A DNA stretch of 64,000 nucleotides, from the NCBI GenBank assembly GCA_963716745.1, contig OY970320.1, positions 128,001 through 192,000 on the forward strand, written 5' to 3'. Source of the DNA: an uncultured Gemmatimonadaceae bacterium (GTDB lineage Bacteria; Gemmatimonadota; Gemmatimonadetes; Gemmatimonadales; Gemmatimonadaceae). Below, one piece after another: positions 1-9,073 of the stretch. Positions within the stretch are counted from its first letter, which is position 1. Every line of letters begins with the position of its first letter. Under the pieces are notes generated by a model that saw only the letters and a list, made by a program, of their open reading frames with translations, had not been told where the DNA came from and made no database searches. The translations under genes and the position numbers were made by a program.

Positions 1-1104
1 GGCCCGTGGACGCGAGTGCGGGGGCGATCACGCGCTTGTGGGCGAGTGCCTGCAGCTGTTGGGTCATGCGCGTGGGGAATGCTCGGCGCGCCTGAACCCG
101 ATTCAGCGTGTCGAGATCCACAGCGCCGTGCGATAGCGGCTCGGCGAGGATGTTCGCGGCGGCGACGGCGTCCTGGATGGCGAGATTGATGCCCACGCCG
201 CCCACCGGACTCATCGCGTGCGCCGAGTCGCCGATGCAGAGCAGGCCATCGCGCGCCCACACTCTGAGATGGTCGAGCGCCACGGAGAGGAGCTTGATGT
301 CGTCCCAGGTCGCGAGCTGCTGCGCGCGGTCCGGCGAAATACGGCGCGACGCGCTCGATGGTCGCGCGGAAGGCGGGCAAGGCCCGCTTTCTTGATGGCG
401 TCCAAACCTCCCTTCGGAATGATGTACGCGCACTGCCAGTAGTCGCCGCGGTCGAGGGTCACGAGGATGCGACCTTCGCGCACGCGGCCGAGCGTCTGCT
501 TCGGGTCGGTGGGCGCGTGATCGAGCCGCATCCAGAGCACGTCGATGGGCACGTTGTAGTCGAGGATCTCGAGGCCGGCCTTCTCGCGCACGATGGAGTG
601 TCGTCCGTCGGCGCCCACGGTGAGATCGGCGCGGATCTCGAAGGCGCCTTCGGGTGATGTGCCGCGCACGCCGGCGACGCGGCCGCTCTCCACGATGAGA
701 TCCGTGACCTCGTGCTCCATGCGCACCTGGAAGCCCGGATATTTCTTGCCGAGCTGCGCGATGAAGTCCAGGAAGTCCCACTGCGGCATGAGTGCGAGGA
801 ACTTGCAGTGCGTGTGGAGGTGCCTGAAATCGGCGACGGTAAGCGAGAAGTCGTCGATCTGCGCGCCGATCGTGTGGAATTCCTGGTGCGGGCGCTTGAG
901 GAATTCGTCGATCGCGCCCAGCTCGTACACCAGTTCGAGCGTGGACGGGTGGATCGTGTCGCCGCGGAAGTCCCGGAAGAAGTCGGCGTGCTTCTCGAGC
1001 ACGATGACATTCACGCCGGCGCGCGCGAGGAGGAGCCCGAGCACCATGCCGGCGGGTCCGCCACCGACGATGCAGCAGCGGGTGGTGGTGGCGGCGGGCG
1101 TCAT
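1..1104 (-). CDS. FAD-dependent oxidoreductase/monooxygenase (UbiH-like); 3' end runs off the window, frameshift near 330-370
   Basis: N-terminal IVGGGPAG Rossmann motif and VGADG motif; after a frame change the sequence gives CIGDSAHAMSPVGGVGINLAIQDA. Confidence 0.85.
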
Positions 1105-1194
1105 GGCGGCAATATGTGATCCGCAGCGGCCGCTGTCACCTCGCGGCGATCCGGGTTAACTTTGTGCGCGGCCGCTCACGCGGTCGTTGTTGTT

Positions 1195-1281
1195 GGATGG
1201 GTGGCCGAGTGGTTTAAGGCGCACGCCTGGAAAGCGTGTGGGCTCGAAAGGGTCTCGCGAGTTCGAATCTCGCCCCATCCG
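1195..1281 (+). tRNA. tRNA-Ser(GGA)
   Basis: GGATGGG/CCCATCC acceptor stem, TGGCCGAGTGGTTTAAGGC D-arm, CACGC-CTGGAAA-GCGTG anticodon arm, long variable arm, GTTCGAATC T-loop, discriminator G; CCA not encoded. Confidence 0.97.
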
Positions 1282-1373
1282 TGGAACGTGCGCCGCCGTG
1301 GGGGTACTGTGTGATGCAGGAGTGATCGGTATCACCGCGTGGACTAGTAGGCCGCCCTAGCACGTTTTGGTAC

Positions 1374-1401
1374 TTGCGCGAATAACTAGGCTTGTTAGCA
1401 T
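1374..1401 (+). promoter_or_regulatory. sigma70-like promoter
   Basis: TTGCGC-N16-TAGCAT with an extended -10 TG. Confidence 0.45.
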
Positions 1402-1422
1402 TGAACTAAGCACCATCACATA

Positions 1423-1519
1423 GGCCGCGACGCTGCGGCCGGCTTGACGGGCGAGCTAACGGCTCCGCCAGTCGAAGGCGCGAAGATCGGAACCCACGAT
1501 CATCGCGCCTTTCTGTTTT
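1423..1519 (+). promoter_or_regulatory. structured 5' leader: three hairpins, the last terminator-like
   Basis: GGCCGC/GCGGCC; TTGAC-GGGCG-AGC-TAAC-GGCT-CCGCC-AGTCGA; AAGGCGCGA..GATCG..CGATC..TCGCGCCTT followed by TCTGTTTT, ending 18 nt before the ATG. Confidence 0.55.
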
Positions 1520-1537
1520 CAAGACTGCGAGGTTCCC

Positions 1538-2551
1538 ATGCGCTCATATATCTGCCGGTTGGTCGCGTTCTCGATCGTTTCGCTCTCGCTCGCCGCCTGC
1601 GGCGATCACTCGCCCAGCGCCCCCGTCCCGCCCTCCACGACCACCTTCGGCGGTCACTCGACGGTCGTGGTCGCGAACGTCCCCGGCTTCGCCGCCGATG
1701 CGGTGATCGGCGTGACCGGGCTCCTCCCGACCTTCGGCGGCGCGCTCGAGACATCGCAGCCGTCCGCGCAGATCCCGGGCCTGCTCGCCTCCGGCGATCT
1801 TCACGCATCCGCGATCGGCCAGGGCAACTCGTCATTGTCGGAAGCGTCGGTGTCCGACCTCTCGCTCACGATCGGCGGCCACGTCATTGCCGCGCAGTTC
1901 GTACAGGCGCGCGCTCTGGCGCAATGCATTGCTCGCGTCGCGTTCACGAGGGGTGAGTCCTCGTTCGATGGACTCACGATCGATGGCGTCGGGGTCCTGG
2001 TCACCGGCCTGCCGAACCAGACGATCGCGCTCGCCGGTGGCGGCCAGCTGATCCTCGACGAGCAATCCACGACGCCCGGCGCGATCACGGTCACCGCCAT
2101 CCACATCATCATCCCTGACGCCGGCGACGTTACGGTCGCGAGCACGCACGCCGAAGTCGTCTGCGGCAACACGTGTCCGCCGGCACATGGCGACTTCATC
2201 ACCGGCGGCGGCTGGATCAAGGTCGATGGCGCGAAGGCCACCTTCTCCGTCTCCGGCGGCACGACCTCGAACGGCTTCTGGGGAGATCTCGAGTGGCATG
2301 ATCACGGCTCGGGTCTCACGGTCACCGGCACGGGCGTCACGGGCTACGCGATCATCGATGCCACCACGCGTCGCATTACCGGCAACGCGGACATTGATGG
2401 CGTGCCGGGCACGTACACCGCCACGGTGAGCGACAACGGCGAGCCGGGCCGAAACGACACGATCGACCTCTCGCTCTCGAATGGTTACCACGTGAGCGGT
2501 GCGCTCGGCGGCGGCAATCTGCAATTGCACCTGAAGCCGGAGTGCCCGTGA
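1538..2551 (+). CDS. secreted lipoprotein, choice-of-anchor P-like plus post-COAP-1-like domain
   Basis: Lipobox LAAC; beta-rich body with GLPNQTI..LDEQ..ITVTAIH; C-terminal DFITGGGWI ... GGGNLQLH. Confidence 0.6.
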   Translation: MRSYICRLVAFSIVSLSLAACGDHSPSAPVPPSTTTFGGHSTVVVANVPGFAADAVIGVTGLLPTFGGALETSQPSAQIPGLLASGDLHASAIGQGNSSLSEASVSDLSLTIGGHVIAAQFVQARALAQCIARVAFTRGESSFDGLTIDGVGVLVTGLPNQTIALAGGGQLILDEQSTTPGAITVTAIHIIIPDAGDVTVASTHAEVVCGNTCPPAHGDFITGGGWIKVDGAKATFSVSGGTTSNGFWGDLEWHDHGSGLTVTGTGVTGYAIIDATTRRITGNADIDGVPGTYTATVSDNGEPGRNDTIDLSLSNGYHVSGALGGGNLQLHLKPECP

Positions 2552-3378
2552 GTGCGCGCGTGACGTTCGCCCTCATCACGCTCGCGGCGGCGGTCATCGC
2601 TCTGTCGGCGCCGGTGCCGCACGTCGCGGCGCCGGCCGCCATCGCCGTGAAATTCCCCGAGGGCACCGTGCACGGATTCCTCGAGCTGCGCAGTGAATCG
2701 GGCGCGCTGCTCGCGCACGGCGATCTCACGCAGGTCGTGCGCGATGGCGGGATCGACAGCCGCATGATCTTCCACTTCGCCGATACGTCCACCGTATTCG
2801 ACGAGACCGTGCGCTTCACGCAGGATGGCTCGTTCGCGATGCAGGAGTATCACCTCGTGCAGCGCGGCGACATTTTTCCGTTCGCGCTCGACGCTACGAT
2901 CTCGCGCGACGGGCACTACACCGTGAGAACGACCTCCAAGGCGAAGGACGCCGTCGAACAGAAACTCACGGGCAAGCTCGACCTGCCGTCCGATATCGCG
3001 AACGGTCTGCCGATCACGCTCGCGAAGAACATCGGAACACACGACGCACGCACGGTGCACATCGTGGCGTTCACGCCGGAACCGCGCGTCATCGGCCTCG
3101 AGATCGCACCCGCGGCGGCGAGCTCGGTGATGATCGGCGGCCATGCCGAGTCGGCCACCGAGTACGTGCTGCGGCCGAAACTGGGCGCGGCGCTGCACTT
3201 CTTCGCGTCGCTCGCGGGGAAGGCGCCGCCCGACAGTCATGCGTGGATCATCACGGATGACGTGCCTGCCTTCGTGCGCTTCGAGGGGCCGATGTATTAC
3301 GGACCGGTGTTCCATCTCGCGCTGGCGAGTCCGTCGGCGCCGGAGAACAAGTCGGGCCCGCCAAAGGAGCGCCACTAG
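2548..3378 (+). CDS. hypothetical secreted protein
   Basis: GTGA overlap with the upstream stop, signal peptide, host-like codon usage. Confidence 0.7.
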   Translation: MSARVTFALITLAAAVIALSAPVPHVAAPAAIAVKFPEGTVHGFLELRSESGALLAHGDLTQVVRDGGIDSRMIFHFADTSTVFDETVRFTQDGSFAMQEYHLVQRGDIFPFALDATISRDGHYTVRTTSKAKDAVEQKLTGKLDLPSDIANGLPITLAKNIGTHDARTVHIVAFTPEPRVIGLEIAPAAASSVMIGGHAESATEYVLRPKLGAALHFFASLAGKAPPDSHAWIITDDVPAFVRFEGPMYYGPVFHLALASPSAPENKSGPPKERH

Positions 3379-3455
3379 CGGCACATGGGAATCGTGGGAT
3401 AATGTGACGCGGCGGCGGTCGCCGCCTTCCCCCGGCTCCCTGAGGAACCGCGCCC

Positions 3456-4704
3456 ATGCCCGTGCTCCATCTCGATACCGGCAACACCGGCTTCATGCTC
3501 CTGTGCTCGAGCCTCGTCATGCTCATGACGCCGGGGCTCGCGTTCTTCTACGGCGGACTCGTGGGCCGGAAGAACGTCCTCGCGATCATGATGCAGAGCT
3601 TCGCGAGCATGGGCTGGACGACGGTGCTCTGGTGGGCGTTCGGCTTCTCGATGTGCTTCAGCGGCGATCTCAAGAGCGGCACCGACTTCGCGGGGATCAT
3701 CGGGAATTTTCATTGGGCGTTCTTGAGCGGCGTGTCGCTCGTCACACCGGCGCCCGCGAACGACACCATCCCGCTCTTCGTGTTCTTCGGCTACCAGATG
3801 ATGTTCGCGATCATCACGCCGGCGCTGATCACCGGCGCCTTCGCGAACCGGGTTCGCTTCCCGGCGTACATGATCTTCCTCACGCTCTGGCTGGTGTTCG
3901 TGTATTTCCCGTTCGTGCACATGATCTGGGGCGGCGGACTCATGGCGAGCTGGGGCGTGCTCGACTTCGCGGGCGGCATCGTGGTGCACAACATTGCCGG
4001 CATCGCGGCGCTCGCATCGGTGCTCTATGTGGGCCGGCGCCGCGTGATGGACAGCGGGCCGCACTCCATCCCGTTGGTCGCACTCGGCACGGGTCTCCTC
4101 TGGTTCGGCTGGTACGGATTCAACGCGGGCAGCGAACTGCGCGTGGACACCGTGACCGCCGTCGCATTCATCAACACGGATCTCGCGGCGAGTTTCGCGG
4201 CGGTGACGTGGCTCTTCATTGAGTGGCGTACCACGGGGAAGCCGAAGTTCGTCGGGTTGCTCACCGGATCCGTGGCCGGCCTCGCGACGATCACGCCGGC
4301 GGCGGGCTACGTGTCGCCCACGTCCGCCGTGATCATCGGCGTGCTCTCCGGCATTCGTCTGCTTCTACGCCGTGGCGCTCAAGAACAAATTGCGCTGGGA
4401 CGACGCGCTCGACGTCTGGGGCGTGCATGGCGTCGGCGGCTTCCTCGGCATCCTCTCGTGCGGTGCGTTCGCGAGCCTCGCGTTCAACCCCGCCGGCGCC
4501 GACGGATTGTTCAATGGGAACTCGCATTTCTTCCTCGTGCAGCTCGGCGCCGTGTGTCTCTCGAGTGTGTGGGCGTTCGTGTTCACGTACGGCATGCTGT
4601 GGGTGATCGACCGCATCACGCCGGTGAAGGTCGGCGAGGAAGGGGAGACCGCGGGCCTCGATCAGTCGCTGCACGGCGAGGTGGCCTACATCGAGGCGCT
4701 CTAG
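3456..4704 (+). CDS. amtB: ammonium transporter (frameshift near 4355)
   Basis: LMTPGLAFFYGG, DFAGGIVVH, LLWFGWYGFNAGS, then DDALDVWGVHGVGG in the next frame. Confidence 0.95.
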
Positions 4705-4715
4705 GCGAGATCCAG

Positions 4716-5252
4716 TTGTTCCCGTTCCGTTGGGACGCCGAGTTCGTTGTAGCGGACAATGGGAAGCCATTTCCGCCCGCGGACATTGTCGTGGGCCGAA
4801 TAGACTCGCTCTTGGCCTATACGGGCCACTACGAGACCTCTCGCGCGCATTCGACGCTTGATTACGCGAGCACTCCATTCCGTCGGGGGTTGCTCTTCAA
4901 CCCGGTCGAGCAAAATCGGGTGCGCCGCGCATTCTGGAACGGCAACTTCCAGAATGTCGCAGGGCTCATGGACCGCGGCTCGATCCGCATCACGGATGTC
5001 TCGGGCGGCCTCGAGGTCCACGTGCACTACGATCTCAGGCGCTCTTCCGTGAGCTGGACGATATTCGGCGTCTTCATCTCGTTCGCTCTTTGGAAGTTCG
5101 AGGTTGCGGTCGCGGTCATTGTGGCGTTCATCGCGGTCTGGTGCTCGCTCGCAGTTCTCTTCGCGTGGAGCGGCGTTCGCACGCTCCCTCGTTCGATCCG
5201 CCGGATCGCGAACGGCGATTTCCCCAGAGGGCCGGTCAGCGAGCTTATTTAG
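4716..5252 (+). CDS. hypothetical membrane protein (TTG start uncertain)
   Basis: Open frame after the amtB stop with two C-terminal hydrophobic helices. Confidence 0.5.
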   Translation: MFPFRWDAEFVVADNGKPFPPADIVVGRIDSLLAYTGHYETSRAHSTLDYASTPFRRGLLFNPVEQNRVRRAFWNGNFQNVAGLMDRGSIRITDVSGGLEVHVHYDLRRSSVSWTIFGVFISFALWKFEVAVAVIVAFIAVWCSLAVLFAWSGVRTLPRSIRRIANGDFPRGPVSELI

Positions 5253-5557
5253 CGGCTGTCGGGCGGTCTGCGCCGAGGCCAGTCAGGGACGACCTTGATC
5301 CTCGAAGTCGGCGCTTCCATGCTGCGCGCGAGTCGGGGTATCAGGGCGTAGAACAGATACAAGAACGCCGCGAGCAGGAGCACGTTCACCACGCCGCGCG
5401 GCGAGGCGAGATCCCGACCGCCGCGTGCGAGCTCGCTGTATGCAACGCCGACGAAGCACGAGAGCCCGACGAGCTGAAGCGTTCTTCCAACCAGTTGTCG
5501 CCTTAGAGAGACGCGGACGGGCGCGGCGGGCTCCGGGGTGCTCTGGAGATCGTTCAC
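5249..5557 (-). CDS. small hypothetical membrane protein
   Basis: Two hydrophobic segments; TATCAT -10-like box 6 nt before a GTG. Confidence 0.45.
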   Translation of the reverse strand: MNDLQSTPEPAAPVRVSLRRQLVGRTLQLVGLSCFVGVAYSELARGGRDLASPRGVVNVLLLAAFLYLFYALIPRLARSMEAPTSRIKVVPDWPRRRPPDSR

Positions 5558-5715
5558 ACTAGGATGATACCGCAACCATTGCGATCTGTCCAAGAGCCAC
5601 CGTTTTCTCCTCCGCTTCCCAGGCGTTACTAACATTTGTCAACCCTAACTTGGCCTTATCGGGAACTATTCCGGCCCGGGCCGGTACGTGAGACGTCCCC
5701 TACCAGGAGGGCCGT

Positions 5716-6111
5716 GTGTCCCATTCAAAGACTCTAGCACTGGCCGTGCTCACTGCCGCGATCGCGGCGTGCGGCGGCGGATCCAACGTAACAGGCGGCG
5801 GCGGTGGCGGCGGTGGTGGTGGCGGTGGCGGCGGTGGATGCTCCGGTACGAACGATTCTCCCGCGTTGTGCGACAATCACTACTCGCCTGCGACGATCAC
5901 GGTGAATCACGGCCAGACGCTCACGTTCACGTGGAAGGGGAATAACCAACACAGCGTCACGTCGATCTCGGCGGGGCTGACGATGGACTCCGGGATCAAC
6001 GGCAACGGGCATACCTTCTCTCACACGTTCAATGAAGCGGCGGGCACCTATGACATCGAATGTTCGGTGCACGGCGCCGCGATGACGGGGACTATCACTA
6101 TTAATCCGTGA
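5716..6111 (+). CDS. cupredoxin (plastocyanin/azurin family) lipoprotein with poly-Gly linker
   Basis: GGAGG RBS, lipobox IAAC, type-1 Cu ligands H..C-x2-H-x3-M (QHSV; ECSVHGAAM). Confidence 0.88.
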   Translation: MSHSKTLALAVLTAAIAACGGGSNVTGGGGGGGGGGGGGGGCSGTNDSPALCDNHYSPATITVNHGQTLTFTWKGNNQHSVTSISAGLTMDSGINGNGHTFSHTFNEAAGTYDIECSVHGAAMTGTITINP

Positions 6112-6125
6112 ACTGAGACCGCGAG

Positions 6126-6147
6126 CGCGCCGGGAAATCCGGCGCGC
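6126..6147 (+). terminator. GC-rich hairpin after the cupredoxin gene
   Basis: GCGCCGG-GAAAT-CCGGCGC stem; no U tract. Confidence 0.4.
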
Positions 6148-6187
6148 CGCCTCAGTGCGCCCCTGGCGCGTGTGCTAACTTTCCCCC

Positions 6188-7597
6188 GTGCACACGCTCC
6201 GCGTTCTGCTTGCGCTCGGCCCCTTCGCGGTGTCCTTCCTCCGCGACCGCCACCGGTGGGTATGGTGGGGGGCGCCCATTGAGCGCACTGACGCCGATCA
6301 CGCGCGGCGCGCCGACCAACTCGTCGCCACGATCATCCGGCTGGGCCCCACCTTCGTGAAAATGGCGCAGGTGTTCGCCGCGCGCGCCGATCTCATTCCC
6401 GAGCCCTACCTCGGCGAGCTCGGCGCGCCTCATCGACCAAGTGCCCGGCGTACCATTCGCCACGGTCGAGCGCGTGATCGCCGAGAGTTACTCCGGCGCG
6501 CGACGTCGACGCGCTCTTCGAGGAATTCGAACGCATGCCCGTCGCGGCCGCATCGCTCGGCCAGGTGCATCGCGCGCGCTACCACGGTGAGACTGTCGCC
6601 GTGAAAGTGCTGCGGCCGCACGTGGAGCACGCCGTGCGCAGCGATCTCGCCGCCGCGCGCCGGATACTCGGCTGGGTGGAGCGCTGGTGGGACCACCCGC
6701 ACGTGAAGCGCGTGCGCGTGGTGCTCAACGAGTTCGAGCTGCGCATCGGCGAGGAGATGGATTTCCGGCTCGAGGCCGAGTATGCGCACCGAGATCGCGC
6801 GCGAACTTCGCGGGGAACCCGAATGTGATCGTGCCGCGCGTGGTGAGCGAGATGACGCGCCAGCGCGTGCTGGTCATGGAGTTCGTGGAAGGCACGCGCA
6901 TCGACCGGCTCGATGCGTCGCGCGTGGACGTGTCGCGCGTCGTCGCGACGCTCGTGGAACTGTACGTGCAGATGATGCTCGATCGACGGGCTCTTCCACG
7001 CCGACCCGCATCCCGGGAATCTCATGGTGTCCCCCGACGGGCGGATCGTGCTCCTCGATTTCGGCATGACCGTACGCGTGCCGCTCGAGACGCGCCGCGC
7101 GCTGATGCACACGTCGCATCGCCGCGATCCGGCGTGACCCGGCGGCCATCGCGGCGGGCTTCGAAGAGCTCGGACTCATCGCGCCCGGCACCGATCCGGC
7201 CACCGTGCGGTGGCTCGCCGACCTGCTCATCACGAACGCGTACTCGCGCACTACCACGCAGGAGCGCATCGACGCGCTGCTGGCCGACCGCGTGATGAAG
7301 ACGCTGTTCGATTTCCCGGTGATCCTGCCACAGCACCTCGTGTACTTCGGGCGCACGGCGGCGCTCATCGAAGGCGTGGGCACGCGCTACGATCCCTATT
7401 TCCAGGCGATCCCGGTGGCGAGTCCGGTCATCCTCCGCATGCGCTCGCGCATCCTGCGCTCGCTCGGCGAGCCGTCCACGCCGAGCGTCGCCGAAGTGGT
7501 CACGCTCCTTGGCGACGTCGCCGAGCGGCTGGCGCGATGGGTGGGCACGCTGGTATCGTCGTGGAACGGCAATTCACATCAGAACGGGAGATCGGAG
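6188..7597 (+). CDS. AarF/ABC1/UbiB kinase family protein (several frameshifts; 3' end uncertain)
   Basis: [54 protein letters not shown] and LLDFGM distributed over successive frames. Confidence 0.9.
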
Positions 7598-8212
7598 ATG
7601 AAGAAGCTCACCGGCCGCGCAATTTTGGTGGTGCTCGCCTCTGCAATGCTGAGCGGCGTCGCGTGGTCGCAGACTGCGGCGGCCTCGCTGCCTACCGTGC
7701 AGCAGCAGATCGCGGCGGCCGTGCTACCGCTCCCCAAGACGATGCGCGATTCCGCGACCGTGATGGGCTATCGCAGCGCGGACAAGCTCGAGGTGATCCG
7801 GAAGGGATCGAACGGCATGACGTGCCTCGCACTCTTCGCCGTGGAGAAGGAATTCCACGCGGCGTGCTACCAGAACGGGATGGAGGCGTTCATGGCACGC
7901 GGGCGGCAGCTGCGAGCGCAGGGCGTGAAGACCACGGCCGGTGTGGACAGCGTGCGCTTCGCCGAAGTGAAGAGCGGCAAGCTCAAAGTTCCCAAGCAGG
8001 CGATGCTGTACCAGATCTTCGGCAGCGACTCGAGCTGGGACCGCGCGACGAACAAGGTGACCGGCGCGCAGATGCTGCTCGTGCTCTACATGCCCTTCGC
8101 GACCGAAGCGAGCACCGGACTCTCGGCCGTGCCATCGGCGACCGGCCCGTGGATCATGTTCCCGGGCACGCCCAAGGCGCATATGATGCTGAGCGGGAGC
8201 ATGAATCCGTAG
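7598..8212 (+). CDS. hypothetical secreted protein
   Basis: Signal peptide MKKLTGRAILVVLASAMLSGVAWS with GGAG upstream; in frame with the AarF C-terminus. Confidence 0.7.
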   Translation: MKKLTGRAILVVLASAMLSGVAWSQTAAASLPTVQQQIAAAVLPLPKTMRDSATVMGYRSADKLEVIRKGSNGMTCLALFAVEKEFHAACYQNGMEAFMARGRQLRAQGVKTTAGVDSVRFAEVKSGKLKVPKQAMLYQIFGSDSSWDRATNKVTGAQMLLVLYMPFATEASTGLSAVPSATGPWIMFPGTPKAHMMLSGSMNP

Positions 8213-8227
8213 CGGATATGCGCTCGC

Positions 8228-8986
8228 TCACGGGACGAAGGTGTTCCCGTCCCAGATCGCGATCGCCAGCCCATAGCCCGCGCCTTTCTGCAGGGAGTAC
8301 GCCCGTGAGGCGAGCAGGCGCTGCGCGTTCGTGAGAGCCGTCGCATTCGCGAAACGGAAGTAACGCGTCGGCTCGTTCACCCAGAATCCGTTGGCCTGCT
8401 GCTGCCAGCCGTGTACGTCGGCCGCTACGGCGATCGCCGTGATCCCCGCGATGCCGGAGAGCTCCTGCACGATGCCGGGACAGAAATCCGCGGTCTCGCG
8501 CGGCGACCCGCAAGTGAGCGCGAATGTGTTCGCCTGGACGCGCATCGTGGAGGCATACCTCAGACTCGCCATCTCCGACGCTCGCACGCGAGTGATGTTG
8601 ATGTGCGCATCGGTCACTTCGACGCGGAACGTGCTCGTGTCGCGATTCACGACGCTGAGCGAATAGCTCCCGTTCGCAAGCGTGACCTCCCTGCGGCCCA
8701 TGGCGGGCGTGACCGTGGGCGGGCAGGGCCCGGACAGCGCGCGCGCGGTGAACGGTCCGAGCACGATCGTCCCTCCGCTAACGCTCAACGTCACGTCGAG
8801 CGTCGCGCACTGATGGATCTCCACGGTTTCATAGACGAAGCGCATTACCGGTGCGCGGCCCGGAGCGCCGCGCATCTCCGATAGCTCGAAGCTCACCGGC
8901 CCCACGGCGTCGGCGGATTGTGCGACTCCCTCTCGCACTCCGATGCCCAGCGCTCCAACAAGTGCAACGATCGCACGAGCGTTCAT
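8228..8986 (-). CDS. hypothetical secreted protein
   Basis: GGAGG RBS, signal peptide, four Cys. Confidence 0.65.
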   Translation of the reverse strand: MNARAIVALVGALGIGVREGVAQSADAVGPVSFELSEMRGAPGRAPVMRFVYETVEIHQCATLDVTLSVSGGTIVLGPFTARALSGPCPPTVTPAMGRREVTLANGSYSLSVVNRDTSTFRVEVTDAHINITRVRASEMASLRYASTMRVQANTFALTCGSPRETADFCPGIVQELSGIAGITAIAVAADVHGWQQQANGFWVNEPTRYFRFANATALTNAQRLLASRAYSLQKGAGYGLAIAIWDGNTFVP

Positions 8987-9039
8987 GCCGATCCTCCATT
9001 TCGCGGCCCGACGGAAGGACGCGCGAAACGCCTCATCTT

Positions 9040-9055
9040 GCACACGGCATGCCAA
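9040..9055 (-). promoter_or_regulatory. sigma54 (-24/-12) promoter
   Basis: TTGGCATGCCGTGTGC = GG-N10-GC, 54 nt upstream of the ATG at 8986. Confidence 0.55.
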
Positions 9056-9073
9056 TAGCCGACGCCGGATGCA

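Noticed and set aside
3456..5252. 598-aa AmtB fusion with a C-terminal membrane domain
   Set aside because: Artefact of the frameshift near 4355; the true AmtB C-terminus is in another frame and stops at 4704
5794..5838. GGC/GGT trinucleotide tract as a contingency locus
   Set aside because: Mixed codons encoding an in-frame poly-Gly linker; slippage would not switch expression
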